Shown here piece by piece: positions 35,535 to 50,052 of a stretch of 64,000 bases of DNA. Under the pieces are notes generated by a model. That model was not told where the DNA came from, ran no database searches, and worked only from the letters and a program-made list of their open reading frames with translations. This DNA is from Haplodiscus bocki. Lineage: Eukaryota. The first letter of the stretch is position 1; every line of letters starts with the position of its first letter. Location: contig OZ296649.1 of assembly GCA_965655095.1 (NCBI GenBank), positions 56,358,001 to 56,422,000 on the forward strand, in the 5' to 3' direction. The position numbers and the translations under genes are program-made.

Positions 35535-36834
35535 GTTTTCTCTTTTGATGAAAGTCTTGTTTACTAATTTGAATGTTTGAATACTTGAAAATGAATAGGT
35601 CCAAATGAGTGAGTTCAATTCATGTTCATGAAAAAAATCAAGGCGCAACTTATTTAGCTTTAGAAGCAAGTAATGCACTGTTTTTTTGTTACTGTTTTAT
35701 ATTTACAAATGGGACCATTCGTTTTCCATGCGTCAAAAGTCGATTTTTTTCTCTTTGCTTCCTTTTTCAACTAACTTATTTGCTGTTATAATACCCTTTC
35801 AATTCACTTTTTAATATTGATTGCTTTTTTCCTAGCCATCTTTGAGTTGCATAAGTTCTAGGTGATCAATTTAAGAAACTGTCGGAAGAGGAGTCATGCA
35901 AGCTTCTGAGAGCGAAATGTTATGAATTCCGTCTATTTTGAGCACTTTACCATGAGAAAGTTTTGGGAAGCATGGCGAGGCTAAGTACAGGCATTGAATT
36001 TAGTAGCCTTAGGTGTAAGCGTAGATTTTTCGAGTTTCTCAGGGCCAGTGTATAGGAGAGTTTGCGGTATATCGAATTTGCTTTATATCGCGATTCAACT
36101 GTAGAAAATCTGTTTGAAAATCCTGAGCTAAAAATCAAAATTAGGTGCAACTGAGGTGAAACGTTGTTGCTTGTTATTGCAGTGGGAGTTCATTTGAATT
36201 TTTATGACTTCGGAAATTTTTAATTTACGAAGTAGTTGTGTAACTGTTTTTTGACGCTTTTCCGTACCCTATTTTGAGACTTCGTCCGACATGAGAATAT
36301 TCGTGCGACAGTTTAAAAAAAATTAAATGAAAACGGAGCAGAGCTTCGTGAGAGTTCCGGAGGGACTAAATGGACCACCATAGCAGCAGTGAGAGCGCTC
36401 TAACCAACAATATTTTGAATTCTTTTCTTGTTTCCCAGTCAATATACTTACAAAAGTTTAAACCCCGGTTAAGAACTTCATTTATCCCAACTTCTGGGGA
36501 AACAGAATAACGGTTAATGGGGGAACGCATGGTTAATTTGAACATTTTCCGAAATCCTATCCGCCTTGGGCGGCTATGTTTGAATCTTGATTACCAAACT
36601 TAGGATGAGTTCTTTAAGTTTCAAGATAGCACAATATTCTGAGTTTCCCGTAGATTTGTGAGCTATTATATTGCATCATGCTTTGTTACCATTGTGTTAA
36701 CGACCTGGAAGCATTTCTATTGATTTTAGCTTGGTCATGAATTTTACGTATGAGATTTTGAAATAGCTTTGAAATTTGACTAATTTGGAGTACGCAATTG
36801 ATAATATCACCTTCACTGAACCAAAGAAGTATTA

Positions 36835-38211
36835 AGAAAGAATGAAAGAATTCATTTCTCCCACTTTTAAGAATAACAATTTATTGCAGATTTGAAATAT
36901 CGTAACATGAAATAACATAATGATATTATGAAGACAAAATCGATCGATGGAGAGGATGGACTAAGAGCTCACTAGGAGCCCATTTGACAGTCTACCCCGG
37001 CTATGTGTATGCTACTAAAATGATTTACTAAAAAATGACAAAATACCATTTAGACTCGTTTTTCGATTTTTTCTTTTATACTTCAATTTTTTTTCTTTTG
37101 CTGGATGAGGTGTTTTTTGAGCCCATACTACTGAAAAAAATTGGGCAGAGTCAGGCCTTTAGCAATGACCAAATATGCCTATTTTCAAGAATATGACATC
37201 TATCTTTAGTTGAGTGGTATATGCATAGCACCCAACTATGATGATATCAGCAAGCCACCAACCCCAACGATGAACTGTGCCAGGAAGACATCTATTAGTT
37301 GCTTTTGACCCCGGGCAGTCGGCGTAGCAACGACAAGCATCAACCATCAAGATAGTCAGATTCTTATCTTTCGAAAACAAGTTTTCAAGATCTATCTTTG
37401 AAAGTATATAAAGATCACGGAACGTTTGAACAAAATCCATTACTTCGCCGTCTTTCATTGAGCCAAATTTTATGGAAGCAAACCTTTTCAACTCAAAAAA
37501 TTCAGAAACCTACTGCCTCTGTGCTTGAGTGAAAAAGAAGGAACGTTGATCGCTTGGATGAAATTGTCAAACTAAAATTGAGCGTTCGAGAACCTCTAGT
37601 ACATTTTTGACCGGAATTGAGATCATAAAAGTTTTTGGAAAAAGTAGTGGTTGGAAAATTATTGACTGACTTGCAAACGAATTTTTTGAGTTCATAGACA
37701 TAGAGCTCATGCACTTAGAATTTTCATGTCCTCGACAACTTTGAATACACTCATGTTTGCTTTTAATATAAGCCGAAGTATTTTTCTTTGCATTGATAGA
37801 ATTGGTTCAAGAACAGTGAAAGGAGTACATCCATAAAATAGTATACCATATTGAACAATTGGTTTCACTTTACGAAAGTCATACTTCAGCAAAACGCTTC
37901 GCGGGACGTAATGTGTCATTTTAGAGATCACGCCCGAATGCCTGGAAATTTTGAATCTTAAATATCTGACATGGTCTCAAAATTTCAGATTTCCATCTAC
38001 CAAAACTCCTAAATAATTACAATAACCTTTGGTATTTAAGAAAGACTCATTTGCTTCAACCTGCAGAGTTGAAGAACTCTTTCTGTTGAAATTAACTAAA
38101 TTTGACTTGCCAACATTTACAGATAACTTATTGGGAAGGAACCAGTCGCATATATAGGAGAGATCGTTTTGAAAACTTGCGGTAGACGAACAAACACTTG
38201 TAATGTTGGTA
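36835..38211 (-). mobile_element. 5'-truncated L2/Crack-type LINE ('locus B'), same family as 21790-25130
   Basis: Collinear but diverged homolog of 21790-23160, truncated at the RT DTNIT motif, with a (TTTC)-rich tail near 36835. Confidence 0.85.
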
Positions 38212-38248
38212 TTCGTTTTCTGATTGAAGATATAGCTGCTAAACTAAA

Positions 38249-41200
38249 TAAAAGATCGCTCGATTTTGCGTCGAATGCGGAGTAAGTGGGGTATGCTGCA
38301 AAAGATGAGGGTATCACAATTTTGTCTCTCAGTGCTAAAAATTTTGCAGGAGGAGTCACAATTTTGTACAGAGGGGAAAATTTCTTGGGTTACTCTTTAG
38401 TGTTTTAAAAAAACTGTGAAATTATTATTTTTTGAAGGGCAAAGTTCGAACCTTTTTTACGACCACCAAGAGAAATAATGAAATTTTAGTAATTCCAAAC
38501 TAAAATTTCGGAAAATTTTTGGACAATAAAAACGGACTTTTAGAAATGCAGGTTTCCGCCTAATTTTTTTTAGCGAAAACTAGTTTTGATTTTTTTAAAA
38601 ATGTTTTTCTTTGTTCAAGGTAATATTTGTAAATTTTTTTGACATGTGGTGTTTTAACCTGACACCAACAATATTTTGAAACATTAAACCTACGTAATCA
38701 GTAGTGTTTCGAAACTTTTAGCGTTCAGCCACTGTTAATTATTCAATTAGTATAGTTATTTCACTCTTGAGTATTCTGGAATTTTAGTCTTAGATGTTTT
38801 GGGTTTGGGTGTTTTGTCCTGCCACCCTGTTCAACAACTTATCCCTTCTGTTGCACTCAATGCGTTTTTAGAAGGAAATGTTCAGCGTAATACTTTCATT
38901 CCTCAATGAGCTATACTAAATACCTTAAAACAAAACGCTGAATATAAATTACTGCACTGCATGCTTCTGAAAGTTTCCAAGCATGTTCGATGCTCCGAGT
39001 AGTTAAACTTTCAGAATTATGTGCGTTCAAATTCTTGAAATGCTAGAACGAGAAACAAAAATGTTTCAGATAAAGCTATGTATAAGGTTTACAGATTTGA
39101 AATCTCAAGATCTAACAGCCTTCAAGAAAAGATTTTTTTAGAGTTGAGTCAAAACTCGTAAACCAATTTATAGCTGGATTATCAAACATTAAAATTCTAA
39201 CCAGATATTTCAAACTAGACTGTAATTGCAAATTATCAGTGTGTTAATCGAACGCTAGATAGACAGACAAAGGTAAACAATATGATAGGAATAAAGATTT
39301 TATTTCTCCCAATTTTAAGCATATTAATTTATTGTAGACTTGAAATATCGCAACATAAAATAACATAAATAATATTAGGAAGGCAAAATCGATCAATGGA
39401 GAGGATAGACTATGGGCTCATTAGGAGCCCACTTGAGAGTCTATTCTGGCTATGCCTATGCTACTAAAATGAACTACTAAAATGACCAAGTACCATATAG
39501 ATTCGTTTTCGATTTTTTTAATACTTCGATTTTTGATTTTTTGCTGGATGAGGTGTTTATGAGCCCATGCTACTGGAAAGAAATTGGGCAGAGTAAGGCC
39601 TTTAGCAATGACCAAAAAAGCCCTTTTCCAAAAAAATGACTATCTTTTGTTGAGTGCTATATGCATAGCACCCATCCACGATGATATCAACAAGCCGCCA
39701 ACCACCACAACGAACTGTGCCAGGAAGAAATGTATTAGTTGCTTTTGGCCCCGGGCAGTCATCGCAGCAGCCATCGACAAGCATCAACCATCAAGATAGT
39801 CACATTTTCACCTTTCAAAACCAAATTTTATGAGATCACTGTTTGAAAGTATCTAAAGATCACGGAACGTTTGAACAAAATCCGTTACCTAGCCGACTTT
39901 CGATGAACCAATTTTTTTTGGGACCAACACCTTTTCGAATCAAAAAGTTCACGAATTTACTTCCTTTGTGCTTGAGCGAAAAGGAATGGAACGTTGATCG
40001 CTTCGATGAAATTGTAAAAGTGAGCAATCGAGAACTTCTATCACATTTTTGACCGGAATGGATTTCTAAAAATTTTTGGAAAAAGCAGTGGTTGAAAGAT
40101 TATTGACCGACTTGCACACGAATTTTATGAGTTCATAGACGTAGAGCTCATGCACTGTTAGAATTTTAATGTCCTCAAAAACTTTGGATACACTCTCATG
40201 TTTGCTTTTAATATAAGCCGAAGTGTTTTTCTTTGCATTGATAGAATTGATTCGAGAACAGTGAAAGAAGTACATCCATGAACTAGTATACCATATTGAA
40301 CAATTGGTTTCACTTTACAAAAGTCATACTTCAGCAAAACGCTTCGCGGGACGTAATGTGTCATTTTAGAGATCACGCCCGAATGCCTGGAAAGTTTGAA
40401 TCTTAAATATCTGACATGGTCTCAAATTTTCAGATTTCCATCTACCAAAACTCCTAAATACTTACAATAATCTTTGGTATTTAAGAAAGACTCATTTACT
40501 TCAACCTGCAGAGTTGAAGAACTCCTCTTTCTGTTGAAATTAACTAAATTTGACTTGCCAACATTTACAGATAACTTATTGGGAAGGAACCAGTCGCATA
40601 TATAGGAGAGATCGTTTTGAAAACTTGCGGAAGACGAAAACACTTGTAATGTTGGTATTCGTTTTCTGATTGAAGGTATAGCTGCTAAACTAAATAAAAG
40701 ATCGCTCGATTTTGCGTCGAATGCGGAGTAAGTGGGGTATACTGCAAAAGATGAGGGTAGCACAATTTTGTCTGTCAGTGCTAAAAATTTTGCGGGAGGA
40801 GTCACAATTTTGTACAGAGGTGAAAGTTTCTTGGGTTACCCTTTAGTGTTTTCAAAAAACTGTGAAGTTATTATTTTTTGAAGGGAAAAGTTCGAAACTT
40901 TTTTACGACCACCAAGAGAAATAATGAAAATTTAGTAATTCCAAACTAAAATTTCAGAAAATTTTTGGACAATAAAAACGGACTTTTAGAAATGCAGGTT
41001 TCCGCCTATTTTTTTTAGCGAAAACTAGTTCTGATTTTTTTAAGAATGTTTTTCTTTGTTCAAGGTAATATTTGTAATTTTTTTTGACTTGTGGTGTTTT
41101 AACCTGACACCAACAATATTTTGAAACATTAAACCTACGTAATCTGTAGTGTTTCGAAACTTTTAGCGTTCAGCCACTGTTAATTATTCAATTAGTATAG

Positions 41201-44200
41201 TTATTTCAATCTTGAGTATTCTGGAATTTTAATCTTAGATATTTTGGGTTTGGGTATTTTGTCCTGCCACCCTGTTCAACAACTTATCCCTTCTGTTGCA
41301 CTCAATGCGTTTTTAGAAGGAAATGTTCAGCGTAATACTTTCATTCCTCAATGAGCTATACTAAATACCTTAAAACAAAACGCTGAATATAAATTACTGC
41401 ACTGCATGCTTCTGAAGGTTTCCAAGCATGTTCGATGCTCCGAGTAGTTAAACTTTCAGAATTATGTGCGTTCAAATTCTTGAAATGCTAGAACGAGAAA
41501 CAAAAATGTTTCAGATAAAGCTATGTATAAGGTTTACAGATTTGAACTCTCAAGATATAACAGCCTTCAAGAAAAGATTTTCTTTAGAGTTGAGTCAAAA
41601 CTCGTAAACCAATTTATAGCTGGATTATCAAACTTTAAAATTCTAACCAGATAATTCAAACTAGACTGTAATTGCAAATTATCAGTGTGTTAATCGAACG
41701 CTAGATAGACAGACAAAGGTAAACAATATGATAGGAATAAAGAATTTATTTCTCCCAATTTTAAGCATATTAATTTATTGTAGACTTGAAATATCGCAAC
41801 ATAAAATAACATAAATAATATTAGGAAGGCAAAATCGATCAATGGAGAGGATAGACTATGGGCTCATTAGGAGCCCACTTGAAAGTCTATTCTGGCTATG
41901 CCTATGCTACTAAAATGAACTACTAAAATGACAAAGTGCCATATAGATTCGTTTTCGATTTTTTTAATACTTCGATTTTTGATTTTTTGCTGGATGAGGT
42001 GTTTATGAGCCCATGCTACTGGAAAGAAATTGGGCAGAGTAAGGCCTTTAGCAATGACCAAAAAAGCCCTTTTCCAAAAAAATGACTATCTTTTGTTGAG
42101 TGCTATATGCATAGCACCCATCCACGATGATATCAACAAGCCGCCAACCACCACAACGAACTGTGCCAGGAAGAAATGTATTAGTTGCTTTTGGCCCCGG
42201 GCAGTCATCGCAGCAGCCATCGACAAGCATCAACCATCAAGATAGTCACATTTTCACCTTTCAAAACCAAATTTTATGAGATCACTGTTTGAAAATATCT
42301 AAAGATCACGGAACGTTTGAACAAAATCCGTTACCTAGCCGACTTTCGATGAACCAATTTTTTCTGGGACCAACACCTTTTCGAATGAAAAAGTTCACGA
42401 ATTTACTTCCTTTGTGCTTGAGCGAAAAGGAATGGAACGTTGATCGCTTCGATGAAATTGTAAAAGTGAGCAATCGAGAACTTCTATCACATTTTTGACC
42501 GGAATGGATTTCATAAAAATTTTTGGAAAAAGCAGTGGTTGAAAGATTATTGACCGACTTGCACACGAATTTTATGAGTTCATAGACATAGAGCTCATGC
42601 ACTGTTAGAATTTTAATGTCCTCAAAAACTTTGGATACACTCTCATGTTTGCTTTTAATATAAGCCGAAGTGTTTTTCTTTGCATTGATAGAATTGATTC
42701 GAGAACAGTGAAAGAAGTACATCCATGAACTAGTATACCATATTGAACAATTGGTTTCACTTTACAGAAGTCATACTTCAGCAAAACGCTTCGCGGGACG
42801 TAATGTGTCATTTTAGAGATCACGCCCGAATGCCTGGAAAGTTTGAATCTTAAATATCTGACATGGTCTCAAATTTTCAGATTTCCATCTACCAAAACTC
42901 CTAAATACTTACAATAATCTTTGGTATTTAAGAAAGACTCATTTACTTCAACCTGCAGAGTTGAAGAACTCCTCTTTCTGTTGAAATTAACTAAATTTGA
43001 CTTGCCAACATTTACAGATAACTTATTGGGAAGGAACCAGTCGCATATATAGGAGAGATCGTTTTGAAAACTTGCGGAACACGAAAACACTTGTAATGTT
43101 GGTATTCGTTTTCTGATTGAAGGTATAGCTGCTAAACTAAATAAAAGATCGCTCGATTTTGCGTCGAATGCGGAGTAAGTGGGGTATACTGCAAAAGATG
43201 AGGGTAGCACAATTTTGTCTCTCAGTGCTAAAAATTTTGCGGGAGGAGTCACAATTTTGTACAGAGGTGAAATTTTCTTGGGTTACCCTATAGTGTTCTC
43301 AAAAAACTGTGCAGTTACTATTTTTTGAAGGGCAAAGTTCAAAACTTTTTTACGACCACCAAGAGAAATAATGAAAATTTAGTCATTCCAAACTAAAATT
43401 TCAGAAACTTTTTGGACATTAAAAACGGACTTTTAGAAATGCAGGTTTCCGCTAATTTTTTTTTAGCGAAAACTAATTTTGATTTCTTTAAAAATGTTTT
43501 TCTTTGTTCAAGGTAATATTTGTAAATTTTTTTGACTTGTGGTGTTTCAACCTGACACCAACAATATTTTGAAACATTAAACCTACGTAATCAGTAGTGT
43601 TTCGAAACTTTTAGCGTTCAGCCACTGTTAATTATTCAATTCGTATAGATATTTCAATCTGGAGTATTCTGGAATTTTAGTCTTAGATATTTTGGGTTTG
43701 GGTATTTTTTCATGCCACCCTGTTCAACAACTTATTCCTTCTGTTACACTCAATGCGTTTTTAGAAAGAATTGTTCAGCGTAATACTTTCATTCCTCAAT
43801 GAGCTATACTAAATACCTTAAAACAAAACGCTGAATATAAATTACTGCACTGCATGCTTCTGAGAGTTTCCAAGCATGTTCGATGCTCCGAGTAGTTAAA
43901 CTTTCAGAATTATGTGCGTTCAAATGCTTGAAATGCTAGAACGAGAAACAAAAATGTTTCAGATAAAGCTATGTATAAGGTTTACAGATTTGAAATCTCA
44001 AGATCTAACAGCCTTCAGGAAAAGATTTTTTTAGAGTTGAGTCAAAACTCGTAAACCAATTTATAGCTGGATTATCAAACATTAAAATTCTAACCAGATA
44101 TTTCAAACTAGACTGTAATTGCAAATTATCAGTGTGTTAATCGAACGCTAGATAGACAGACAAAGGTAAACAATATGATAGGAATAAAGAATTTATTTCT

Positions 44201-47200
44201 CCCAATTTTAAGCATATTAATTTATTGTAGACTTGAAATATCGCAACATAAAATAACATAAATAATATTAGGAAGGCAAAATCGATCAATGGAGAGGATA
44301 GACTATGGGCTCATTAGGAGCCCACTTGAGAGTCTATTCTGGCTATGCCTATGCTACTAAAATGAACTACTAAAATGACCAAGTACCATATAGATTCGTT
44401 TTCGATTTTTTTAATACTTCGATTTTTGATTTTTTGCTGGATGAGGTGTTTATGAGCCCATGCTACTGGAAAGAAATTGGGCAGAGTAAGGCCTTTAGCA
44501 ATGACCAAAAAAGCCCTTTTCCAAAAAAATGACTATCTTTTGTTGAGTGCTATATGCATAGCACCCATCCACGATGATATCAACAAGCCGCCAACTACCA
44601 CAATGAACTGTGCCAGGAAGAAATGTATTAGTTGCTTTTGGCCCCGGGCAATCATCGCAGCAGCCATCGACAAGCATCAACCATCAAGATAGTCACATTT
44701 TCACCTTTCAAAACCAAATTTTATGAGATCACTGTTTGAAAATATCTAAAGATCACGGAACGTTTGAACAAAATCCGTTACCTAGCCGACTTTCGATGAA
44801 CCAATTTTTTTTGGGACCAACACCTTTTCGAATGAAAAAGTTCACGAATTTACTTCCTTTGTGCTTGAGCGAAAAGGAATGGAACGTTGATCGCTTCGAT
44901 GAAATTGTAAAAGTGAGCAATCGAGAACTTCTATCACATTTTTGACCGGAATGGATTTCATAAAAATTTTTGGAAAAAGCAGTGGTTGAAAGATTATTGA
45001 CCGACTTGCACACGAATTTTATGAGTTCATAGACGTAGAGCTCATGCACTGTTAGAATTTTAATGTCCTCAAAAACTTTGGATACACTCTCATGTTTGCT
45101 TTTAATATAAGCCGAAGTGTTTTTCTTTGCATTGATAGAATTGATTCGAGAACAGTGAAAGAAGTACATCCATGAACTAGTATACCATATTGGACAATTG
45201 GTTTCACTTTACAAAAGTCATACTTCAGCAAAACGCTTCGCGGGAGGTAATGTGTCATTTTAGAGATCACGCCCGAATGCCTGGAAAGTTTGAATCTTAA
45301 ATATCTGACATGGTCTCAAATTTTCAGATTTCCATCTACCAAAACTCCTAAATACTTACAATAATCTTTGGTATTTAAGAAAGACTCATTTACTTCAACC
45401 TGCAGAGTTGAAGAACTCCTCTTTCTGTTGAAATTAACTAAATTTGACTTGCCAACATTTACAGATAACTTATTGGGAAGGAACCAGTCGCATATATAGG
45501 AGAGATCGTTTTGAAAACTTGCGGAAGACGAAAACACTTGTAATGTTGGTATTCCTTTTCTGATTGAAGATATAGCTGCTAAACTAATCAAAAGATCGCT
45601 CAATTTTGCGTCAAATGCGGAGTAAGTGGGGTTTCTGGATTTAATCTTCGAAGAGAGTTTAACGAAGTTTCTGAATTATAATTGTTGGTGCTCTTGGACT
45701 CAATGAAACTTTCATCTGTTGCTCGCGAGCTGCCAAATTGCCATTGTCGTTCATACTGTCACTTATGCGGAAAAATATTGTCAAGTTTATCACGAAAAAG
45801 TAGTCTTAGATATTTTGGGTTTGGGTATTTTTTCCTGGCACCCTGTTCAACAACTTATCCCTTCTGTTACACTCAATGCGTTTTTAGAAAGAAATCTTCA
45901 GCGTAATACTTTCATTCCTCAATGAGCTATACTAAATACCTTAAAACAAAACGCTGAATATAAATTACTGCACTGCATGCTTCTGAGAGTTTCCAAGCAT
46001 GTTCGATGCTCCGAGTAGTTAAACTTTCAGAATTATGTGCGTTCAAATTCTTGAAATGCTAGAACGAGAAACAAAAATGTTTCAGATAAAGCTATGTATA
46101 AGGTTTACAGATTTGAACTCTCAAGATCTAACAGCCTTCAAGAAAAGATTTTTTTAGAGTTGAGTCAAAACTCGTAAACCAATTTATAGCTGGATTATCA
46201 AACATTAAAATTCTAACCAGATAATTCAAACTAGACTGTAATTGCAAATTATCAGTGTGTTAATCGAACGCTAGATAGACAGACAAAGGTAAACAAATTG
46301 ATAGGAATGAAGAATTTATTTCTCCCAATTTTAAGCGTAATAATTTATTGTAGACTTGAAATATCGCAACATAAAATAACATAATTAATATTAGGAAGGC
46401 AAAATCGATCAATGGAGAGGATAGACTATGGGCTCATTAGGAGCCCACTTGAAAGTCTATTCTGGCTATGCCTATGCTACTAAAATGAACTACTAAAATG
46501 ACCAAGTACCATATAGATTCGTTTTCGATTTTTTTAATACTTCGATTTTTGATTTTTTGCTGGATGAGGTGTTTATGAGCCCATGCTACTGGAAAGAAAT
46601 TGGGCAGAGTAAGGCCTTTAGCAATGACCAAAAAAGCCCTTTTCCAAAAAAATGACTATCTTTTGTTGAGTGCTATATGCATAGCACCCATCCACGATGA
46701 TATCAACAAGCCGCCAACCACCACAATGAACTGTGCCAGGAAGAAATGTATTAGTTGCTTTTGGCCCCGGGCAGTCATCGCAGCAGCCATCGACAAGCAT
46801 CAACCATCAAGATAGTCACATTTTCACCTTTCAAAACCAAATTTTATGAGATCACTGTTTGAAAATATCTAAAGATCACGGAACGTTTGAACAAAATCCG
46901 TTACCTAGCCGACTTTCGATGAACCAATTTTTTTTGGGACCAACACCTTTTCGAATCAAAAAGTTCACGAATTTACTTCCTTTGTGCTTGAGCGAAAAGG
47001 AATGGAACGTTGATCGCTTCGATGAAATTGTAAAAGTGAGCAATCGAGAACTTCTATCACATTTTTGACCGGAATGGATTTCATAAAAATTTTTGGAAAA
47101 AGCAGTGGTTGAAAGATTATTGACCGACTTGCACACGAATTTTATGAGTTCATAGACGTAGAGCTCATGCACTGTTAGAATTTTAATGTCCTCAAAAATT

Positions 47201-50052
47201 TGGATACACTCTCATGTTTGCTTTTAATATAAGCCGAAGTGTTTTTCTTTGCATTGATAGAATTGATTCGAGAACAGTGAAAGAAGTACATCCATGAACT
47301 AGTATACCATATTGAACAATTGGTTTCACTTTACAAAAGTCATACTTCAGCAAAACGCTTCGCGGGACGTAATGTGTCATTTTAGAGATCACGCCCGAAT
47401 GCCTGGAAAGTTTGAATCTTAAATATCTGACATGGTCTCAAAATTTAAGATTTCCATCTACCAAAACTCATAAATACTTACAATAATCTTTGGTATTTAA
47501 GAAAGACTCATTTACTTCAACCTACAGAGTTGAAGAACTCCTCTTTCTGTTGAAATTAACTATATTTGACTTGCCAACATTTACAGATAACTTATTGGGA
47601 AGGAACAAGTCGCATATATATGAGAGATCGATTTGAAAACTTGCGGAAGACGAACAAACACTTGTAATGTTGATATTCGTTTTCTGATTGAAGATATAGC
47701 TGCTAAACTAATCAAAAGATCGCTCAATTTTGCGTCAAATGCGGAGTAAGTGGGGTTTCTGGGTTTAATCTTCGAAGAGAGTTTAACGAAGTTTCTGAAT
47801 TATAATTATTGGTGCTCTTGGACTCAATGAAACTTTCATCTGTTGCTCGCGAGCTGCCAAATTGCCATTGTCGTTCATACTGTCACTTATGCGGAAAAAT
47901 ATTGTCAAGTTTATCACGAAAAAGTAGTCTTAGATATTTTGGGTTTGGGTATTTTTTCCTGCCACCCTGTTCAACAACTTATCCCTTCTGTTACACTCAA
48001 TGCGTTTTTAGAAAGAAATCTTCAGCGTAATACTTTCATTCCTCAATGAGCTATACTAAATACCTTAAAACAAAACGCTGAATATAAATTACTGCACTGC
48101 ATGCTTCTGAGAGTTTCCAAGCATGTTCGATGCTCCGAGTAGTTAAACTTTCAGAATTATGTGCGTTCAAATTCTTGAAATGCTAGAACGAGAAACAAAA
48201 ATGTTTCAGATAAAGCTATGTATAAGGTTTACAGATTTGAACTCTCAAGATCTAACAGCCTTCAAGAAAAGATTTTTTTAGAGTTGAGTCAAAACTCGTA
48301 AAACAATTTATATGCTGGATTATCAAACTTTAAAATTCTAACCAGATAATTCAAACTAGACTGTAATTGCAAATTATCAGTGTGTTAATCGAACGCTAGA
48401 TAGACAGACAAAGGTAAACAAATTGATAGGAATGAAGAATTTATTTCTCCCAATTTTAAGCATAATAATTTATTGTAGACTTGAAATATCGCAACATAAA
48501 ATAACATAATTAATATTAGGAAGGCAAAATCGATCAATGGAGAGGATAGACTATGGGCTCATTAGGAGCCCACTTGAAAGTCTATTCTGGCTATGCCTAT
48601 GCTACTAAAATGAACTACTAAAATGACAAAGTACCATATAGATTCGTTTTCGATTTTTTTAATACTTCGATTTTTGATTTTTTGCTGGATGAGGTGTTTA
48701 TGAGCCCATGCTACTGGAAAGAAATTGGGCAGAGTAAGGCCTTTAGCAATGACCAAAAAAGCCCTTTTCCAAAAAAATGACTATCTTTTGTTGAGTGCTA
48801 TATGCATAGCACCCATCCACGATGATATCAACAAGCCGCCAACCACCACAATGAACTGTGCCAGGAAGAAATGTATTAGTTGCTTTTGGCCCCGGGCAGT
48901 CATCGCAGCAGCCATCGACAAGCATCAACCATCAAGATAGTCACATTTTCACCTTTCAAAACCAAATTTTATGAGATCACTGTTTGAAAATATCTATAGA
49001 TCACGGAACGTTTGAACAAAATCCGTTACCTAGCCGACTTTCGATGAACCAATTTTTTTTGGGACCAACACCTTTTCGAATCAAAAAGTTCACGAATTTA
49101 CTTCCTTTGTGCTTGAGCGAAAAGGAATGGAACGTTGATCGCTTCGATGAAATTGTAAAAGTGAGCAATCGAGAACTTCTATCACATTTTTGACCGGAAT
49201 GGATTTCTAAAAATTTTTGGAAAAAGCAGTGGTTGAAAGATTATTGACCGACTTGCACACGAATTTTATGAGTTCATAGACATAGAGCTCATGCACTGTT
49301 AGAATTTTAATGTCCTCAAAAACTTTGGATACACTCTCATGTTTGATTTTAATATAAGCCGAAGTGTTTTTCTTTGCATTGATAGAATTGATTCGAGAAC
49401 AGTGAAAGAAGTACATCCATGAACTAGTATACCATATTGAACAATTGGTTTCACTTTACAAAAGTCATACTTCAGCAAAACGCTTCGCGGGAGGTAATGT
49501 GTCATTTTAGAGATCACGCCCGAATGCCTGGAAAGTTTGAATCTTAAATATCTGACACGGTCTGAAAATTTCAGATTTCCATCTACCAAAACTCCTAAAT
49601 ACTTACAATAATCTTTGGTTTTTAAGAAAGACTCATTTACTTGAAACTGCAGAGTTGAAGAATTCCTCTTTCTGTTGAAATTAACTAAATTTGACTTGCC
49701 AACATTTACAGATAACTTATTGGGAAGGAACCAGTCGCATATATAGGAGAGATCGTTTTGAAAACTTGCGGGAGACGAACAAACACTTGTAATGTTGGTA
49801 TTCGTTTTCTGATTGAAGATATAGCTGCTAAGCTAAATAAAAGATCGCTCAATTTTGCGTCAAATGCGGAGTAAGTGGGGTTTCTGGGTTTAATCTTCGA
49901 AGAGAGTTTAACGAAGTTTCTGAATTATAATTATTGGTGCTCTTGGACTCAATGAAACTTTCATCTGTTGCTCGCGAGCTGCCAAATTGCCATTGTCGTT
50001 CTTACTGTCACTTATGCGGAAAAATTTTGTCGAGTTTATCACGAAAAATAGT
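38249..50052. repeat. Young macrosatellite: ~2447-bp units (starts 38249, 40695, 43142) then ~2124-bp units (starts 45589, 47713; terminal partial from 49838); each unit carries an antisense LINE 3' fragment
   Basis: The marker aaaagatcgctc(g/a)attttgcgtc recurs at spacings 2446, 2447, 2447, 2124 and 2125, and the ORF track repeats with the same periods. Confidence 0.95.

Noticed and set aside
38249-50052. Tandem family of small protein genes (repeated 60-138 aa ORFs, some Cys-rich)
   Set aside because: They are frameshifted pieces of LINE ORF2 or 3' UTR, or their antisense frames, and recur only because the DNA is repeated.
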